From NCBI GenBank assembly GCA_044229845.1, contig JBGASG010000001.1, positions 1 to 64,000 of the forward strand: DNA of 64,000 nt, written 5' to 3'. A program made the translations under genes and the position numbers. This document shows positions 1 to 10,478 of the stretch, in pieces. Source of the DNA: Candidatus Obscuribacteraceae bacterium (GTDB lineage: Bacteria > Cyanobacteriota > Vampirovibrionia > Obscuribacterales > Obscuribacteraceae). Positions within the stretch are counted from its first letter, which is position 1, and each line of letters begins with the position of its first letter. The notes beneath the pieces are model-generated. The model was not told the DNA's origin and searched no databases. It worked only from the letters and a program-made list of their open reading frames with translations.

Positions 1-2676
1 GACGTCGAGGACAAGTGGACCGACTACTGGATTAAGCATGAGGTCTTCGACCTCGACATCATCCCGGACCGGCCGGCATTTTCCATTGCCATCCCGCCGC
101 CCAACATCACAGGCGCCCTGCACATGGGGCACGCCTTGAACGGGACGCTGCAGGATATCCTGGTGCGCTGGAAGCGCATGCAGGGTTACAACGTGCTCTG
201 GCAACCGGGAACCGACCATGCAGGCATCTCCACGCAGATGGTTGTCGAAAGGCAGCTCAAGAAAAACGGGCAAAACCGCCATGATCTGGGGCGCGAAAAG
301 TTCATCGAACAGTGCTGGGTCTGGCGTCGTCAGTATGGCGACAATATTTATGAGCAGTATCGGCGGCTGGGTGTCAGCTTTGCCTGGAATCGCCCTGCTT
401 TTACGCTCGACGATGATTATGTAAAAGCAATCTATCGCGTTTTTGTTACGCTCTTTCAGGAAGGCAAAATCTATCGTGGCACCCGTGTCAACAACTGGTG
501 CCCGCGTTGCCAGACTAGTCTTTCCGACCTGGAAGTCGAGCATAACGAGACCAAAGGGCACCTTTATCACATCCGTTATCTGGTCGCCGGTACCGATGGC
601 AAGGCCGTGAGCGCTGCCGCCGGCGCCGATGCGAAATCAGGAACCGCCATCATAGTTGCCACCACTCGTCCAGAATCGATGTTCGGAGACGTGGCGGTGG
701 CGGTCAATCCCAAAGACGAAAGATACAGTGCGCTGATCGGCAAAACCGTGATTCTGCCGCTTTCCAACCGACCGATTCCGGTGATCGGCGATGAATACGT
801 CGATATGGAATTCGGAACGGGAGCGCTGAAAATCACGCCCGCCCACGACCCTAACGACTGGGAGATTGGACAGCGTCACAAACTGGAAGAACCGGTGGTT
901 ATCGATAAGCATGGCAACATGATTGCCTGTGATTTCGTGCCGCAACAGTTTCAGGGTCTGGAACGCTTCAAAGCGCGGGCGGCGGTTGTCGAGGCGCTGG
1001 AAACAGCGGAACTGCTGGCTCACAAACAAGATTACGTGCACGGTGTCGGGCACTGCGAGCGGTGTCACACCGTTCTGGAGCCGTCGCTCACCGAGCAGTG
1101 GTATCTGGCCATGAAAGAGCTGGCGGAACCGGCCATTACATCGGTCGAAGAAGAGCGCGTGGTCTTCATTCCCAGCCGCTATGCATCGACCTATCTTGAC
1201 TGGATGCGCAACATTCGCGACTGGAACATCAGTCGTCAACTCTGGTGGGGACATCGCATTCCGGTCTGGACTTGCAGCAACGGACACGTTGACGCGTATG
1301 AGGAAACTCCGGAGCAATGCCGGCAGTGCGAGTCGAAAGAGCTGACGCAAGATCAGGACGTGCTCGATACATGGTTCAGTTCTGCTCTCTGGCCGTTCGC
1401 GACGCTTGGCTGGCCTGAGCAAACTGAGGAAATGCATCTCTTTTATCCGACGACGGTTTTGTCGACGGCGCGCGAGATCATCAACCTCTGGGTTGCACGC
1501 ATGATATTCATGGGTATCAAGTTTGCCGGCACCATTCCGTTCAAACATGTTTTGATCCACCCGGTCATTCAGACGCCTGATGGCAAGCGCATGTCCAAGT
1601 CGAAAGGCAACGCGGTCGACCCGATCGACATGATCAACAAGTTTGGTTGCGATGCCAACCGTTACTGGTTCACGTCTATCGGCGTCAAAGGCGATCAAGA
1701 CGTGCGTTTCAGAGAGGAGCGTTTAGAAGAATACAAGCGCTTCGTCAACAAGCTATGGAACGCCGGTCATTTCATTCTGGGAAAACTGGAAGGCTACACG
1801 CCGACGCCGCCGGATCACATGAAATTGACGCTGGCGGATCGTTGGATTCTCTCGCGTTACAGCGCATTGCTCAACGACGTGCACAACTGGCTGCGCGATT
1901 ATGATTTCGGCGAGATGGCGCGCGGTTTCTATGACTTCATCTGGGATTATTTCTGCGACTGGTATCTGGAAATTGCCAAGACGCAACTGGCTAATCCCGA
2001 GCAGGCGGAGCAGACACGCAACGTTCTCTATTACATCTTCGAAGGTCTGATGCGCGCATTGCACCCTGTGATGCCGTTTGTCACGGAAGACCTCTGGCAG
2101 AAACTGCCGCGCTGGAATTATTTTGAAGAGTACGACTCGATCATGTTTGCACCCTTCCCGCGGTCTGACGAGCGACTGCTTAACTCAGACGCCGACGCGC
2201 AGATGGATTTGATTATGCGGGTCGTGCGCGCTATCCGCAATATAAGGCAGACCTTCGGTGTGCCACCAAAAGCGGAGACGGAAGTGATTATTCAAGCCGC
2301 CGACAAAGACGAACGCGAGTTGCTCCAGAAGTGGAGCGACTACGTGAAGAGTCTGGCCAAAGCGCAACCGATGCAGATAAGCGATGGCGGCGGCGTCCCG
2401 ACAATGGCTGCCAGCGAAGTGATTTCGATGTGCAAAGTCTACGTGCCTCTGGCCAATGCAATTGATGTGCCGAAAACACGCGCCATGCTCAACCAGCGCC
2501 TGGAAGCGACCAAGAAAAAAATAGCTGAAGTCGAGCGCACTTTGAACAATCCGGATTTCGCCAAGCGCGCTCCGGAAGAGAAAGTCGCGGCTCTGCGCAT
2601 TGAGCACGAGCAACTGGTCGCCCAGCTGCACAGCGTAGAAGCGCAAATCAAGCTGCTCGAAGGCGGCGCGTCCTGA
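1..2676 (+). CDS. valS: Valine--tRNA ligase (5'-truncated at window edge)
   Basis: Frame is open from base 1 (DVEDKWTDYW...PPPNITGALHMGHA). Has the HIGH-type HMGH motif, DWNISRQLWWGH, RMSKSKGN (KMSKS) and the C-terminal coiled coil. Confidence 0.98.
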   Translation, partial: DVEDKWTDYWIKHEVFDLDIIPDRPAFSIAIPPPNITGALHMGHALNGTLQDILVRWKRMQGYNVLWQPGTDHAGISTQMVVERQLKKNGQNRHDLGREKFIEQCWVWRRQYGDNIYEQYRRLGVSFAWNRPAFTLDDDYVKAIYRVFVTLFQEGKIYRGTRVNNWCPRCQTSLSDLEVEHNETKGHLYHIRYLVAGTDGKAVSAAAGADAKSGTAIIVATTRPESMFGDVAVAVNPKDERYSALIGKTVILPLSNRPIPVIGDEYVDMEFGTGALKITPAHDPNDWEIGQRHKLEEPVVIDKHGNMIACDFVPQQFQGLERFKARAAVVEALETAELLAHKQDYVHGVGHCERCHTVLEPSLTEQWYLAMKELAEPAITSVEEERVVFIPSRYASTYLDWMRNIRDWNISRQLWWGHRIPVWTCSNGHVDAYEETPEQCRQCESKELTQDQDVLDTWFSSALWPFATLGWPEQTEEMHLFYPTTVLSTAREIINLWVARMIFMGIKFAGTIPFKHVLIHPVIQTPDGKRMSKSKGNAVDPIDMINKFGCDANRYWFTSIGVKGDQDVRFREERLEEYKRFVNKLWNAGHFILGKLEGYTPTPPDHMKLTLADRWILSRYSALLNDVHNWLRDYDFGEMARGFYDFIWDYFCDWYLEIAKTQLANPEQAEQTRNVLYYIFEGLMRALHPVMPFVTEDLWQKLPRWNYFEEYDSIMFAPFPRSDERLLNSDADAQMDLIMRVVRAIRNIRQTFGVPPKAETEVIIQAADKDERELLQKWSDYVKSLAKAQPMQISDGGGVPTMAASEVISMCKVYVPLANAIDVPKTRAMLNQRLEATKKKIAEVERTLNNPDFAKRAPEEKVAALRIEHEQLVAQLHSVEAQIKLLEGGAS

Positions 2677-2695
2677 GATAAACAGGCACGCACCG
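2664..2695. terminator. Stem-loop between convergent genes
   Basis: Minus strand reads CGGTGCGT-G-CCTG-TTTATCT-CAGG-ACGCGCCG. It spans the valS stop and abuts the opposite gene's stop. No U-tract. Confidence 0.4.
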
Positions 2696-2696
2696 G

Positions 2697-3785
2697 TCAG
2701 CGGTACAACCGCAGGATCGTGTTTTTGTCGCGCCTGGAAAGCACGGGCCAGACGGTCGGCGTGTCGACGGTATAAAACATGATGTCGTGATTGTTGGTTG
2801 AATGTCCCTGCAGACCGAGGGCGTGTCCGACTTCATGTAGGCAGGCCTTTTTGAGGTCGTCGTCGCTTAATGTGGCGGCGGAAAGCACCGGGCTTGTGAG
2901 GATGCGGATCGAGGCCCGACTGATGATATTGTTTTTGGCGAAAATTTGCGCGATGCCGCGTTCGCCCTGGGTGCCGTCGCCTCTCACGTCAGAGGCGTTG
3001 GCGGTCCAGTCGCAGACGATGTCAGCTTCGGACGGCTGGTTGACCAGGACGTAGGAGACTCTGCCACCGCTGGCGGTGATCCATTCTTCAAAGGCGGAGG
3101 CGAGAATGTCTTTGAATTCTGGGCGAAATCCGGGCACCGATTTGCCGTCAAACACGAAGACCTTGATCGGCAGAGAACTCTGACTCCAGCGAAATGCGCC
3201 GTTGCCGGTGACGGCGATGTAATAGTCTTGAAACTTCGCCTGCGCCTCCGGTCTGATCACCGATGACGCCGCGGCGTTGCGCTCATTCGTCTGCAGCAAA
3301 TTGATCAAATCGGACACCTGATGCCACTCAGGTGCATGCGGATTTTCGTCGAGAAACCGCTGGTACCAGGCCAATGAAAGAGACAGCTTGCCGGCGCACT
3401 GATAGCAGCCCGCCAGATCGAGCGTTGCCTCGGGCATACGTGGGTGCAGTCGCAGCGCTTCCTGATATGCGGCTGTGGCTTTCTGCAAGTTGCCCGAATT
3501 CTGATATGCCAGACCGAGATTGCAGTGCACCGCGGCAGAGCCGGGAGCCAGTTGTGCGGCTTTTTCCAGTGGAGCGCGCGCAGCAAATGCCTGGTCTTGT
3601 TCGAGCAGGCTGAGACCCTGATTGAAAAGCTCGTTGATTGCCTCTAACTGCGCTTGCTGATCGGCGCTGACTGTCTTGGTGGGCGGCTTGGGTTTTTCCG
3701 CCGCGTAAGCCGGTGCGCACACGCACAGCAAGCTGATGATTATCAGCAGCAGTGATCGAGTTGGTAAGCCGCGCAGCAGATTCAT
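2697..3785 (-). CDS. Exported TPR protein with C-terminal matrixin-like (M10-type) zinc metallopeptidase domain
   Basis: Signal peptide ending AYA, TPR repeats (VHCNLGLAYQNSG...) and the metzincin motif HEVGHALGLQGH with a Met-turn (DIMFY). Confidence 0.88.
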   Translation of the reverse strand: MNLLRGLPTRSLLLIIISLLCVCAPAYAAEKPKPPTKTVSADQQAQLEAINELFNQGLSLLEQDQAFAARAPLEKAAQLAPGSAAVHCNLGLAYQNSGNLQKATAAYQEALRLHPRMPEATLDLAGCYQCAGKLSLSLAWYQRFLDENPHAPEWHQVSDLINLLQTNERNAAASSVIRPEAQAKFQDYYIAVTGNGAFRWSQSSLPIKVFVFDGKSVPGFRPEFKDILASAFEEWITASGGRVSYVLVNQPSEADIVCDWTANASDVRGDGTQGERGIAQIFAKNNIISRASIRILTSPVLSAATLSDDDLKKACLHEVGHALGLQGHSTNNHDIMFYTVDTPTVWPVLSRRDKNTILRLYR

Positions 3786-3866
3786 AGTGGGTTATATTCA
3801 ATCATCATGGAAATTAGTCAGAATGACCAGTAGGTTAAGACGACCGCAGGGCATACTGAGGATAAC

Positions 3867-5780
3867 TTGACGGGACCCAGCCAATTGCAGCAGCCAGCTG
3901 AAAATCCGGGAATCGACACCGCTGTGTCTGATGCCGCCAGTGAGCGGACGATTCCGCTTGCCGACGGCAAAGTGCAGGAGAGCGTGCTGGTTCTGGTCTT
4001 CGGACCGGATTTGCTCGATGAACTGGAAGGCGTTGCCCACTCTAAGAAAAGTTTCGAAACCATCGTGGTCGACTGCCGCAAGAGCGGCTTCGTTTTTCCT
4101 GCCGAGACACTTCTGGAAGCGGCCAGCGCCGCCATGAGAGTGCTGGAGGTGCATGGCGTCATCACCTTCGTCAAAAGCGACAAAGTGGTGGTGGTGGTTA
4201 AGTCATCACTCCTGGGCGACATGATGCTGCATTCGTTCGATGCCATGGCTGATGTTTACGGGTTCTCGCCGTCCGTGGCGTTTCATATTTTGAAAGCCAC
4301 CGGGTCGTTGGGAGCGGAGAGCGAGACTACATCGGACCTGACTGAGCAAATCTGGATGTCCACGGTGCCTGTGCTCACACCTTTCGGCATCAAGTTGAAA
4401 GTCGGCATGGAAGCCGGAAAGCGACGCAACATACTGCTGGCGGCGATCGACAACTATACGCCTCTCAGCCTGATTCTGAAGCGCCTGGAAGGGCAGCTGA
4501 ATCGGGAAGAACTGACGGAAGACTTGCGGGATCTGGAAGTCAGTGGTGCCATTTTTCCAATCAACGCCAAGATACCATTTCTGGTGCACTGCTTCCGCAA
4601 CAAGATTCCGTTCAAGCTTTTGACTTACCTGGTCGAAGCTCGCCTGATATCGCAGTCTCAGCTCGATGAAATTCTCTTTCTGGCGCAGAATACCAAAGGC
4701 GGCGAGCGCTTGAGTGTGGGAGCGCAATGCGTAGCCAAAGGATTTATCTCAGCGCGCCAGCTGGAAATTGCTCTTCAGGACCAGGCATTCTACGGGCAGC
4801 GCAGCGAAAGTGAAAAGACCAAGGCCATGGAGCCGGAACAGCAAGATGTGGTGCAATCGCTGGTCGGACACCTGGGCACCACAGATCCATCCGGCATTTT
4901 GCAGAGCCTGTCCAGTAATCGCGAAACCGGCGTGCTCAGCGTGGAGCACAAAGATATGCAATTCCGCGCGCTCTTAGAAGGCGGCAAAGTGTCGAACGCG
5001 AAACTGGGCAAGTTGCGCGGCAACGATGCAATACTGGAATTTGCCTCCACCTGGAAAGACGGCGTGTTCGTCTTTATCGACCGGCAACCGCCGCCTGATC
5101 TGGTTGAGGATGCCTGTCGCACCACAAAGCTTCTGGACAAATTGCTCCTCGACTCGGCGCTGGCACGCGACAACATGGCAGTTGTCGTCAAGAAACTGCC
5201 GCGCGGGCTGGAGACGGCGCTGGAAAAACTCGATGACACGCTGAAGCTTTTGGACGGTGCAACTGCACTGACGGATCCGCAAGACAAAATGGCATTGACT
5301 GCAGCCGATATCGAACTCATGCAGCGCGTCTGGAAAGAGCTGGATGGACTGGCATCAGTCTCGGCTGTCATCAAACGTCTGGGCAACATCACGACCCTGA
5401 GCGCCGCTGCTGCGATTAATAGATTGCTGCACTTTGGACTTTGCCAGATACCTTCCTCTGATTTGCATGCCCCGATGCGCAAGTTCCAGGACATCGCCGC
5501 GGCCGTGGCCGAGCAACTGGGCAAAGAGCGCGTCGAGGTCTTGCTGCGACTGAGTTTGCAATCGAGTGCCGGTTATTCCGTGCGCGCCCGCATGTTCAAC
5601 ATCGGCACCGCCGGCGAAATCGGCGTCGACCTGTCCGCCGCCAAGCAAGCCGGCACCTCGCTGTCTGCCGTCACCCGCGAACTTGAAGATTGGCAAGTGC
5701 GCTTTATCGAGTATGTGAGCCAGGAACTGGATAAAGACGTGTTGCGGAACATTGTCTATCGCGTTCACCAGCGCCAGTAG
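3867..5780 (+). CDS. Cytoplasmic signalling-type protein with MshEN-like repeat and DUF4388/PATAN-like domain
   Basis: LLTYLVEARLISQSQLDEIL and VGAQCVAKGFISARQLEIAL resemble tandem MshEN motifs. GHLGTTDPSGILQSL...TGVLSV...GKVSNA...GNDAI...WKDGVFVF resembles DUF4388. Confidence 0.65.
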   Translation: MTGPSQLQQPAENPGIDTAVSDAASERTIPLADGKVQESVLVLVFGPDLLDELEGVAHSKKSFETIVVDCRKSGFVFPAETLLEAASAAMRVLEVHGVITFVKSDKVVVVVKSSLLGDMMLHSFDAMADVYGFSPSVAFHILKATGSLGAESETTSDLTEQIWMSTVPVLTPFGIKLKVGMEAGKRRNILLAAIDNYTPLSLILKRLEGQLNREELTEDLRDLEVSGAIFPINAKIPFLVHCFRNKIPFKLLTYLVEARLISQSQLDEILFLAQNTKGGERLSVGAQCVAKGFISARQLEIALQDQAFYGQRSESEKTKAMEPEQQDVVQSLVGHLGTTDPSGILQSLSSNRETGVLSVEHKDMQFRALLEGGKVSNAKLGKLRGNDAILEFASTWKDGVFVFIDRQPPPDLVEDACRTTKLLDKLLLDSALARDNMAVVVKKLPRGLETALEKLDDTLKLLDGATALTDPQDKMALTAADIELMQRVWKELDGLASVSAVIKRLGNITTLSAAAAINRLLHFGLCQIPSSDLHAPMRKFQDIAAAVAEQLGKERVEVLLRLSLQSSAGYSVRARMFNIGTAGEIGVDLSAAKQAGTSLSAVTRELEDWQVRFIEYVSQELDKDVLRNIVYRVHQRQ

Positions 5781-5812
5781 TCGAGCGGTTACAATGACGC
5801 TTCCACTTTTCG

Positions 5813-7810
5813 ATGGAGGCTGTTATCCGTATGATGCTTTCGCGCAAAGCCTGGCTTCTCTCTTTGTTGTCAATCGCGCAGCTGGGCTGGTCTTACCAGG
5901 CGGCGCCGGCTGCAGCCGATGAAAGCGCCGCTGCTCCGGCTGCAGCCGATCCGGGCACCGCACCGTCGCCCAAAGATGAGGGTAAGCAAGCCGCCAGCAC
6001 GGCCACTCCGGCTTCGGCGGCCAGCGAGCACGAGCAAACATTCAACGTGCCACCGCCGGCAATGCGAGTCAAGCTGTCCGTGGCCGGCAACCCCAATACA
6101 CCGCCGGCGGTGCTGAGCAAACTGGCCGGCGATCCCTCCGATTTGATTCGCCAGGCTGTGGCGCTTAACCCTAACACGCCGATCGAGGTGAGGGCGGCTC
6201 TCGCTTCCGATGCCGATCAGGCGGTGCGCGAGGCGGTTTTGCGCTCGGCGGCTCTGCCCGACAAAATGATTTTGCTGCGCCTGACACGCGACCAGCAACC
6301 GCGCGTTTATGAAATAATGGCTGCCAATCCCAAGACACCCGCTGATGTCCTGCGCAAGCTCTCGCAGTCTCCTCAACAGACTGAGTTCTTACTGCTCTCG
6401 CTGGCCCGCAATCCGTCGACGCCACCGGATGTGGTGCAGCGCCTGGCGCAAATAGGCGATCGCCTGGTACGGACATTTCTGGCCCGCCATCCTAAAATGC
6501 CGCCTGATGTGCTGTTGAAACTGGCTGAAGACGGCGATCTCGGGGTCAAATCCTACGTAGCTGCCAACACCTCCACGCCGGCGGCGGCGTTGAATCTTTT
6601 GTCCGACGATCTCAGTTTTGTCGTGCGCGAAGGCGTCGGTGCCAACTTGTCGACACCGCCGGCGACACTGACCAAATTGTCCAAAGACAAAGCCTGGGAG
6701 GTGCGGTCGGAGGTAGCGGGCAATCCCAAGACGCCGCTGGCCACCCTGCGTCTTCTGGTGCGCGATGCCAACTATAAAGTTCGCTGGGCTCTGGCAGCCA
6801 ATCCCAGTGCCACCGAAGACATCGAAACGTCACTGGCCACCGACAAAGAATCTATCGTGCGGGCAGCGGCCGCCGGGCATTCCAAGCTCGACGCCGCCAG
6901 CATCGGCAATCTAGCCAAGGACAACACAATTGGTGTTGTGCAGATGGTGGCGCGCCGGCCGTCGCTGCCGCCGGATGTGCAGCAGAAAGTGCTTGAGGAC
7001 AAGTCTTATCTGGTGCGCTCGTTCCTGGCTCTCAACCGCAGCGTCTCTCCAGAGTCAGCAGAGAAGCTGGCAGCTGACAGCGATCCGCGCGTGCGCCATG
7101 CTCTAGCCTCGAATCCGTCTTTGCCGCCGGCTCTACTGACGAAACTGGCAGCAGACAGCGACGAATTTGTGCGCATGGCTGTCGGTGCCAACCCGGCTAC
7201 CGCTGCCGACACTCTGACGGCGCTCGCCAGTGACTCTTCGTCATGGGTGCTCCTGGTGCTGGCGGTCAACTCAGCTACGCCGGAAGCAGCTCTGGTGGCT
7301 CTGGCGCAAAGACCGGATCACAACGTGCGGGCGAAACTGCTGGCCCGTGGTCCAGCTTTGCCTGAGAAAGCTTTCGCTGGTCTGTCGAGCGATCCTGACC
7401 TGACGATGCGGGAGAATATCGCTGCCATCACGCGCTCTAAAGACGTGCTGGCCGGCCTGGCGAAAGACCCCGAGTCGCGGGTGCGGGCGCGGGTCGGCAC
7501 CAACACAGCTACAGCCCCCGATACTATGACTTTACTGGCCAAGGATGCTTCACCGGGTGTACGAGCCGCTGTTGCCGCCAACAAAAGTGCACGAGTGACT
7601 GTGCTCGGGCAACTGGCGACCGACAAAGATCCCCGTGTCAGACGGGCTGTAGCACGCAATGAAGCGGCCTCCAAAGAACTGTTAATCTCTTTGTCGAAGG
7701 ATCTCGATCCTTCTGTCCGACAAGAGGTTGCAGGCAACACGAGCGCCCCGTCTTCGGTACTCAACGATTTGAGCGAAGATGCCGAGTTCTGGATCCCCGA
7801 CCACAACTGA
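5813..7810 (+). CDS. Exported leucine-rich-repeat-variant (LRV/HEAT-like) repeat protein
   Basis: Signal peptide and Ala/Pro linker, then about two dozen ~24-aa repeats of VRxxVAxNPxTPxxxLxxLAxD. Confidence 0.85.
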   Translation: MEAVIRMMLSRKAWLLSLLSIAQLGWSYQAAPAAADESAAAPAAADPGTAPSPKDEGKQAASTATPASAASEHEQTFNVPPPAMRVKLSVAGNPNTPPAVLSKLAGDPSDLIRQAVALNPNTPIEVRAALASDADQAVREAVLRSAALPDKMILLRLTRDQQPRVYEIMAANPKTPADVLRKLSQSPQQTEFLLLSLARNPSTPPDVVQRLAQIGDRLVRTFLARHPKMPPDVLLKLAEDGDLGVKSYVAANTSTPAAALNLLSDDLSFVVREGVGANLSTPPATLTKLSKDKAWEVRSEVAGNPKTPLATLRLLVRDANYKVRWALAANPSATEDIETSLATDKESIVRAAAAGHSKLDAASIGNLAKDNTIGVVQMVARRPSLPPDVQQKVLEDKSYLVRSFLALNRSVSPESAEKLAADSDPRVRHALASNPSLPPALLTKLAADSDEFVRMAVGANPATAADTLTALASDSSSWVLLVLAVNSATPEAALVALAQRPDHNVRAKLLARGPALPEKAFAGLSSDPDLTMRENIAAITRSKDVLAGLAKDPESRVRARVGTNTATAPDTMTLLAKDASPGVRAAVAANKSARVTVLGQLATDKDPRVRRAVARNEAASKELLISLSKDLDPSVRQEVAGNTSAPSSVLNDLSEDAEFWIPDHN

Positions 7811-7838
7811 TCGTTAGTTTCCATAAGGTAACCAAGTA

Positions 7839-9041
7839 ATGAAAGAGGCTGTGATTGTAAATGCGGCGCGCACCCCGATCGGGCGTTATGCCGGATCTCT
7901 CAAAGATGTGCGTCCCGATGATCTGGCGGCGCATGTGATTAGAGCTGTCGTCCAGAGAACCGGCATCGATGGCGCTCTGATTGAAGATGTGATTTTCGGT
8001 TGCGCCAATCAGTCAGGCGAAGACAATCGCAACGTGGCACGGATGGCTGGTCTTTTATCCGGCTTGCCGGTAACCGCCGGCGGCGTCACGGTCAACCGTT
8101 TGTGCGCGTCGGGTATGGAAGCCGTTTGCCAGGCGGCGCGCGCCGTGCAACTGGATTGTGGTGATACGTTCATCGCCGGCGGCGTCGAATCGATGACCCG
8201 CGCACCATTTGTGATGGGCAAGCCGGAAGTCGGCTATCCGCGCGGCGACTTGAAGATGTTCGATACAACTTTAGGCTGGCGTTTCATCAACGACAAACTC
8301 TCAAAAATGCACCATCCCTATTCCATGGGAGAAACGGCGGAGAACGTCGCAGAGAAGCACAGCGTATCGCGCGAGAGGCAGGATGAATTTGCGTTGCGCA
8401 GCCAGTCGAACTATGGACGTGCGCACAAAGATTCCCTGTTCAATGACGAAATCGTGCCGGTTGAAATTCCGCAAAAGAAGGGCGAGAAAGTCGTTTTCGC
8501 TGCCGACGAGCATCCCCGACCCAGCACCACCATCGAAGATTTGAAGAAACTGAAGCCGGCTTTCCGCGAGGGCGGAAGCGTCACCGCCGGTAATGCCTCC
8601 GGTATTAATGATGGTGCCTGCGCCCTTTTGGTCATGTCGTCTGATAAATGTCGCGAACTCGGTTTAAAACCGTTGGCTCGGTTCGTAACCAGTGCCGTGG
8701 CGGGCGTCGATCCGGCAGTCATGGGCATTGGTCCAGTGCCGGCCAGTCAAAAAGCCTTGCAACGAGCCGGACTGACCATTGACGATATCGGTCTGGTCGA
8801 ATTGAACGAAGCCTTTGCGGCTCAGGTTCTGGCCTGTATGGACCTGCTCAAAATTCCGCCCGACAAGCTGAATGTAAACGGAGGCGGCATCGCGCTCGGT
8901 CATCCTCTGGGTATGAGTGGCGCCAGAATTATTGCGGCGCTGGTCTATGAAATGCGCCGCCGGGGCGTCCGGTATGGCTTGGCAACCATGTGCATCGGGG
9001 TCGGGCAGGGGATGGCTACAATCGTCGAATCGCTTGCCTAG
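7839..9041 (+). CDS. Thiolase (acetyl-CoA C-acyltransferase, PcaF/PaaJ-like)
   Basis: Catalytic motifs NRLCASG, NEAFA, GHPLG and CIGVGQG. Confidence 0.95.
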   Translation: MKEAVIVNAARTPIGRYAGSLKDVRPDDLAAHVIRAVVQRTGIDGALIEDVIFGCANQSGEDNRNVARMAGLLSGLPVTAGGVTVNRLCASGMEAVCQAARAVQLDCGDTFIAGGVESMTRAPFVMGKPEVGYPRGDLKMFDTTLGWRFINDKLSKMHHPYSMGETAENVAEKHSVSRERQDEFALRSQSNYGRAHKDSLFNDEIVPVEIPQKKGEKVVFAADEHPRPSTTIEDLKKLKPAFREGGSVTAGNASGINDGACALLVMSSDKCRELGLKPLARFVTSAVAGVDPAVMGIGPVPASQKALQRAGLTIDDIGLVELNEAFAAQVLACMDLLKIPPDKLNVNGGGIALGHPLGMSGARIIAALVYEMRRRGVRYGLATMCIGVGQGMATIVESLA

Positions 9042-9221
9042 CTTGTGTTTTGACCGTACACCCGGCTTGCATAGCCCCCTGGTGTCATCCCCATAAGGGC
9101 CCAGATCTAGTTAAATACCTAAGGGTATGGGCACATTGTTGGTGGGCGATTGGGCGAAAGACGCTCGTCCCTTCTCTCAAGTGTAAGTCGGTGAAACGAA
9201 ATTACCGGGCTAATACGTTTC

Positions 9222-10478
9222 ATGCCACAGGAATCTACATTCAGTTTCTTGCAAATCTCCGAGCTCTTGCTTGACTCCAAGCTGGCATCGAAGGTTTTGA
9301 CGTTGTCGCCTGCTCAGCGCCAGGAACGCAACGAAGAGTGCCTGGAAATTCTTATCAGACTGTGCAAAGAGGCGGCGTCTCGGCAGGTGGACGCCATTTT
9401 GATCCCGGGCGGTCTCTGGGATGCCGCCAGCGTCACCAACACTACCGCCGCCCGACTGATAGAGCTGTTTGCTTCCATCCCGAACATTGCCGTGGTGATG
9501 GTGCCCGGCGCCAGCGACGCGTACACGGTCGATGGTCTCCACAACAGCGGGGTGCTTGCCGCCCGCGGGTTGAAACCCTGGTCCGATAATGTCTTGCCCA
9601 TGACCAACACCAGCTTCGAGACGGTGTTGCATCCGACGCGCAAAGACGTCACTTTCACGGCGCGCGCTATGGCGCCCGCCACCGACGAAGGTGGAGCTTT
9701 CTCCACTGGCTTCCCGGCCCTCTCGCGGATGCCGATCCGCATTCTGCTATTGCCGGCTCGCCTGGCTAATCTGGAAGAAAACTCGGAGATGAACAAGGTC
9801 TGCGTGCCGCCGTACAAGGTGGACGTAGACCAGCTTGATGCCGCCGGCTTCACGTACACGGCTTTCTCCGGATTCCATAATTTCCACATGGTGCGCAACA
9901 GCGTCGGCAAGCTTCTCGGGGCCTACGCGGGCAGTCTGATCGGGCGCACAGTTCAAGAAGCGGGAGCGCGCAACGCTCTCTGGGGCAGGGTGATTATCAC
10001 GGGCAACGAAGTGATCGTCACAGTCGACCCGGTCGAACTGGATGCCCGCAAGGTGGTCGTCACCAGTTGCAGTATCACGGGCATCAAGCCGGAGCAACTG
10101 CAAAATACCGTCAAGCAGGTTCTCGCTAAAGATGGCGCGCGAGAACGCGACATAGTCTTGCTGAAACTCACCGGCATGTATCCGCACGGTGACCCACCGG
10201 TGGTGGTCGATGCCGCCATGCGCGAAGCGTTTTATCACCTGATCCTGGATGACAGAACTCGCCCCGACTACCTGGGTGCCCGTCCCGACGAACGCACTAC
10301 CGAGGGCAAGTTTATCCAGACGTTGCTGGAAATGAAGCATCGCGCCGAACTCAAAGGCGGTGCTCTCCCTGATACCGAATATGGTACCGAGCTGTCTACG
10401 AAGGTTATCGAAGACGCGCTCTATTACGGTCTGCAAGCGCTCAAAGAACGAAAAGTGGCGGTGCGCAATGTGGATTGA
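9222..10478 (+). CDS. Mre11/SbcD/YhaO-like metallophosphoesterase-fold protein with degenerate metal ligands
   Basis: Motif spacing matches SbcD (FLQISELLLD, VDAILIPGGLWD, VVMVPGASD, YTAFSGFH, YAGS) and its stop overlaps the start of an SMC-like ATPase. Confidence 0.8.
   Translation: MPQESTFSFLQISELLLDSKLASKVLTLSPAQRQERNEECLEILIRLCKEAASRQVDAILIPGGLWDAASVTNTTAARLIELFASIPNIAVVMVPGASDAYTVDGLHNSGVLAARGLKPWSDNVLPMTNTSFETVLHPTRKDVTFTARAMAPATDEGGAFSTGFPALSRMPIRILLLPARLANLEENSEMNKVCVPPYKVDVDQLDAAGFTYTAFSGFHNFHMVRNSVGKLLGAYAGSLIGRTVQEAGARNALWGRVIITGNEVIVTVDPVELDARKVVVTSCSITGIKPEQLQNTVKQVLAKDGARERDIVLLKLTGMYPHGDPPVVVDAAMREAFYHLILDDRTRPDYLGARPDERTTEGKFIQTLLEMKHRAELKGGALPDTEYGTELSTKVIEDALYYGLQALKERKVAVRNVD

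Noticed and set aside
2674..2706. SECIS-like mini-hairpin after the valS TGA
   Set aside because: The stem is only 4 bp, ValS is already complete, and readthrough would run into the convergent gene.
9100..9221. GAAA-containing hairpin suggesting a c-di-GMP riboswitch
   Set aside because: It lacks the remaining conserved riboswitch elements and the second stem.
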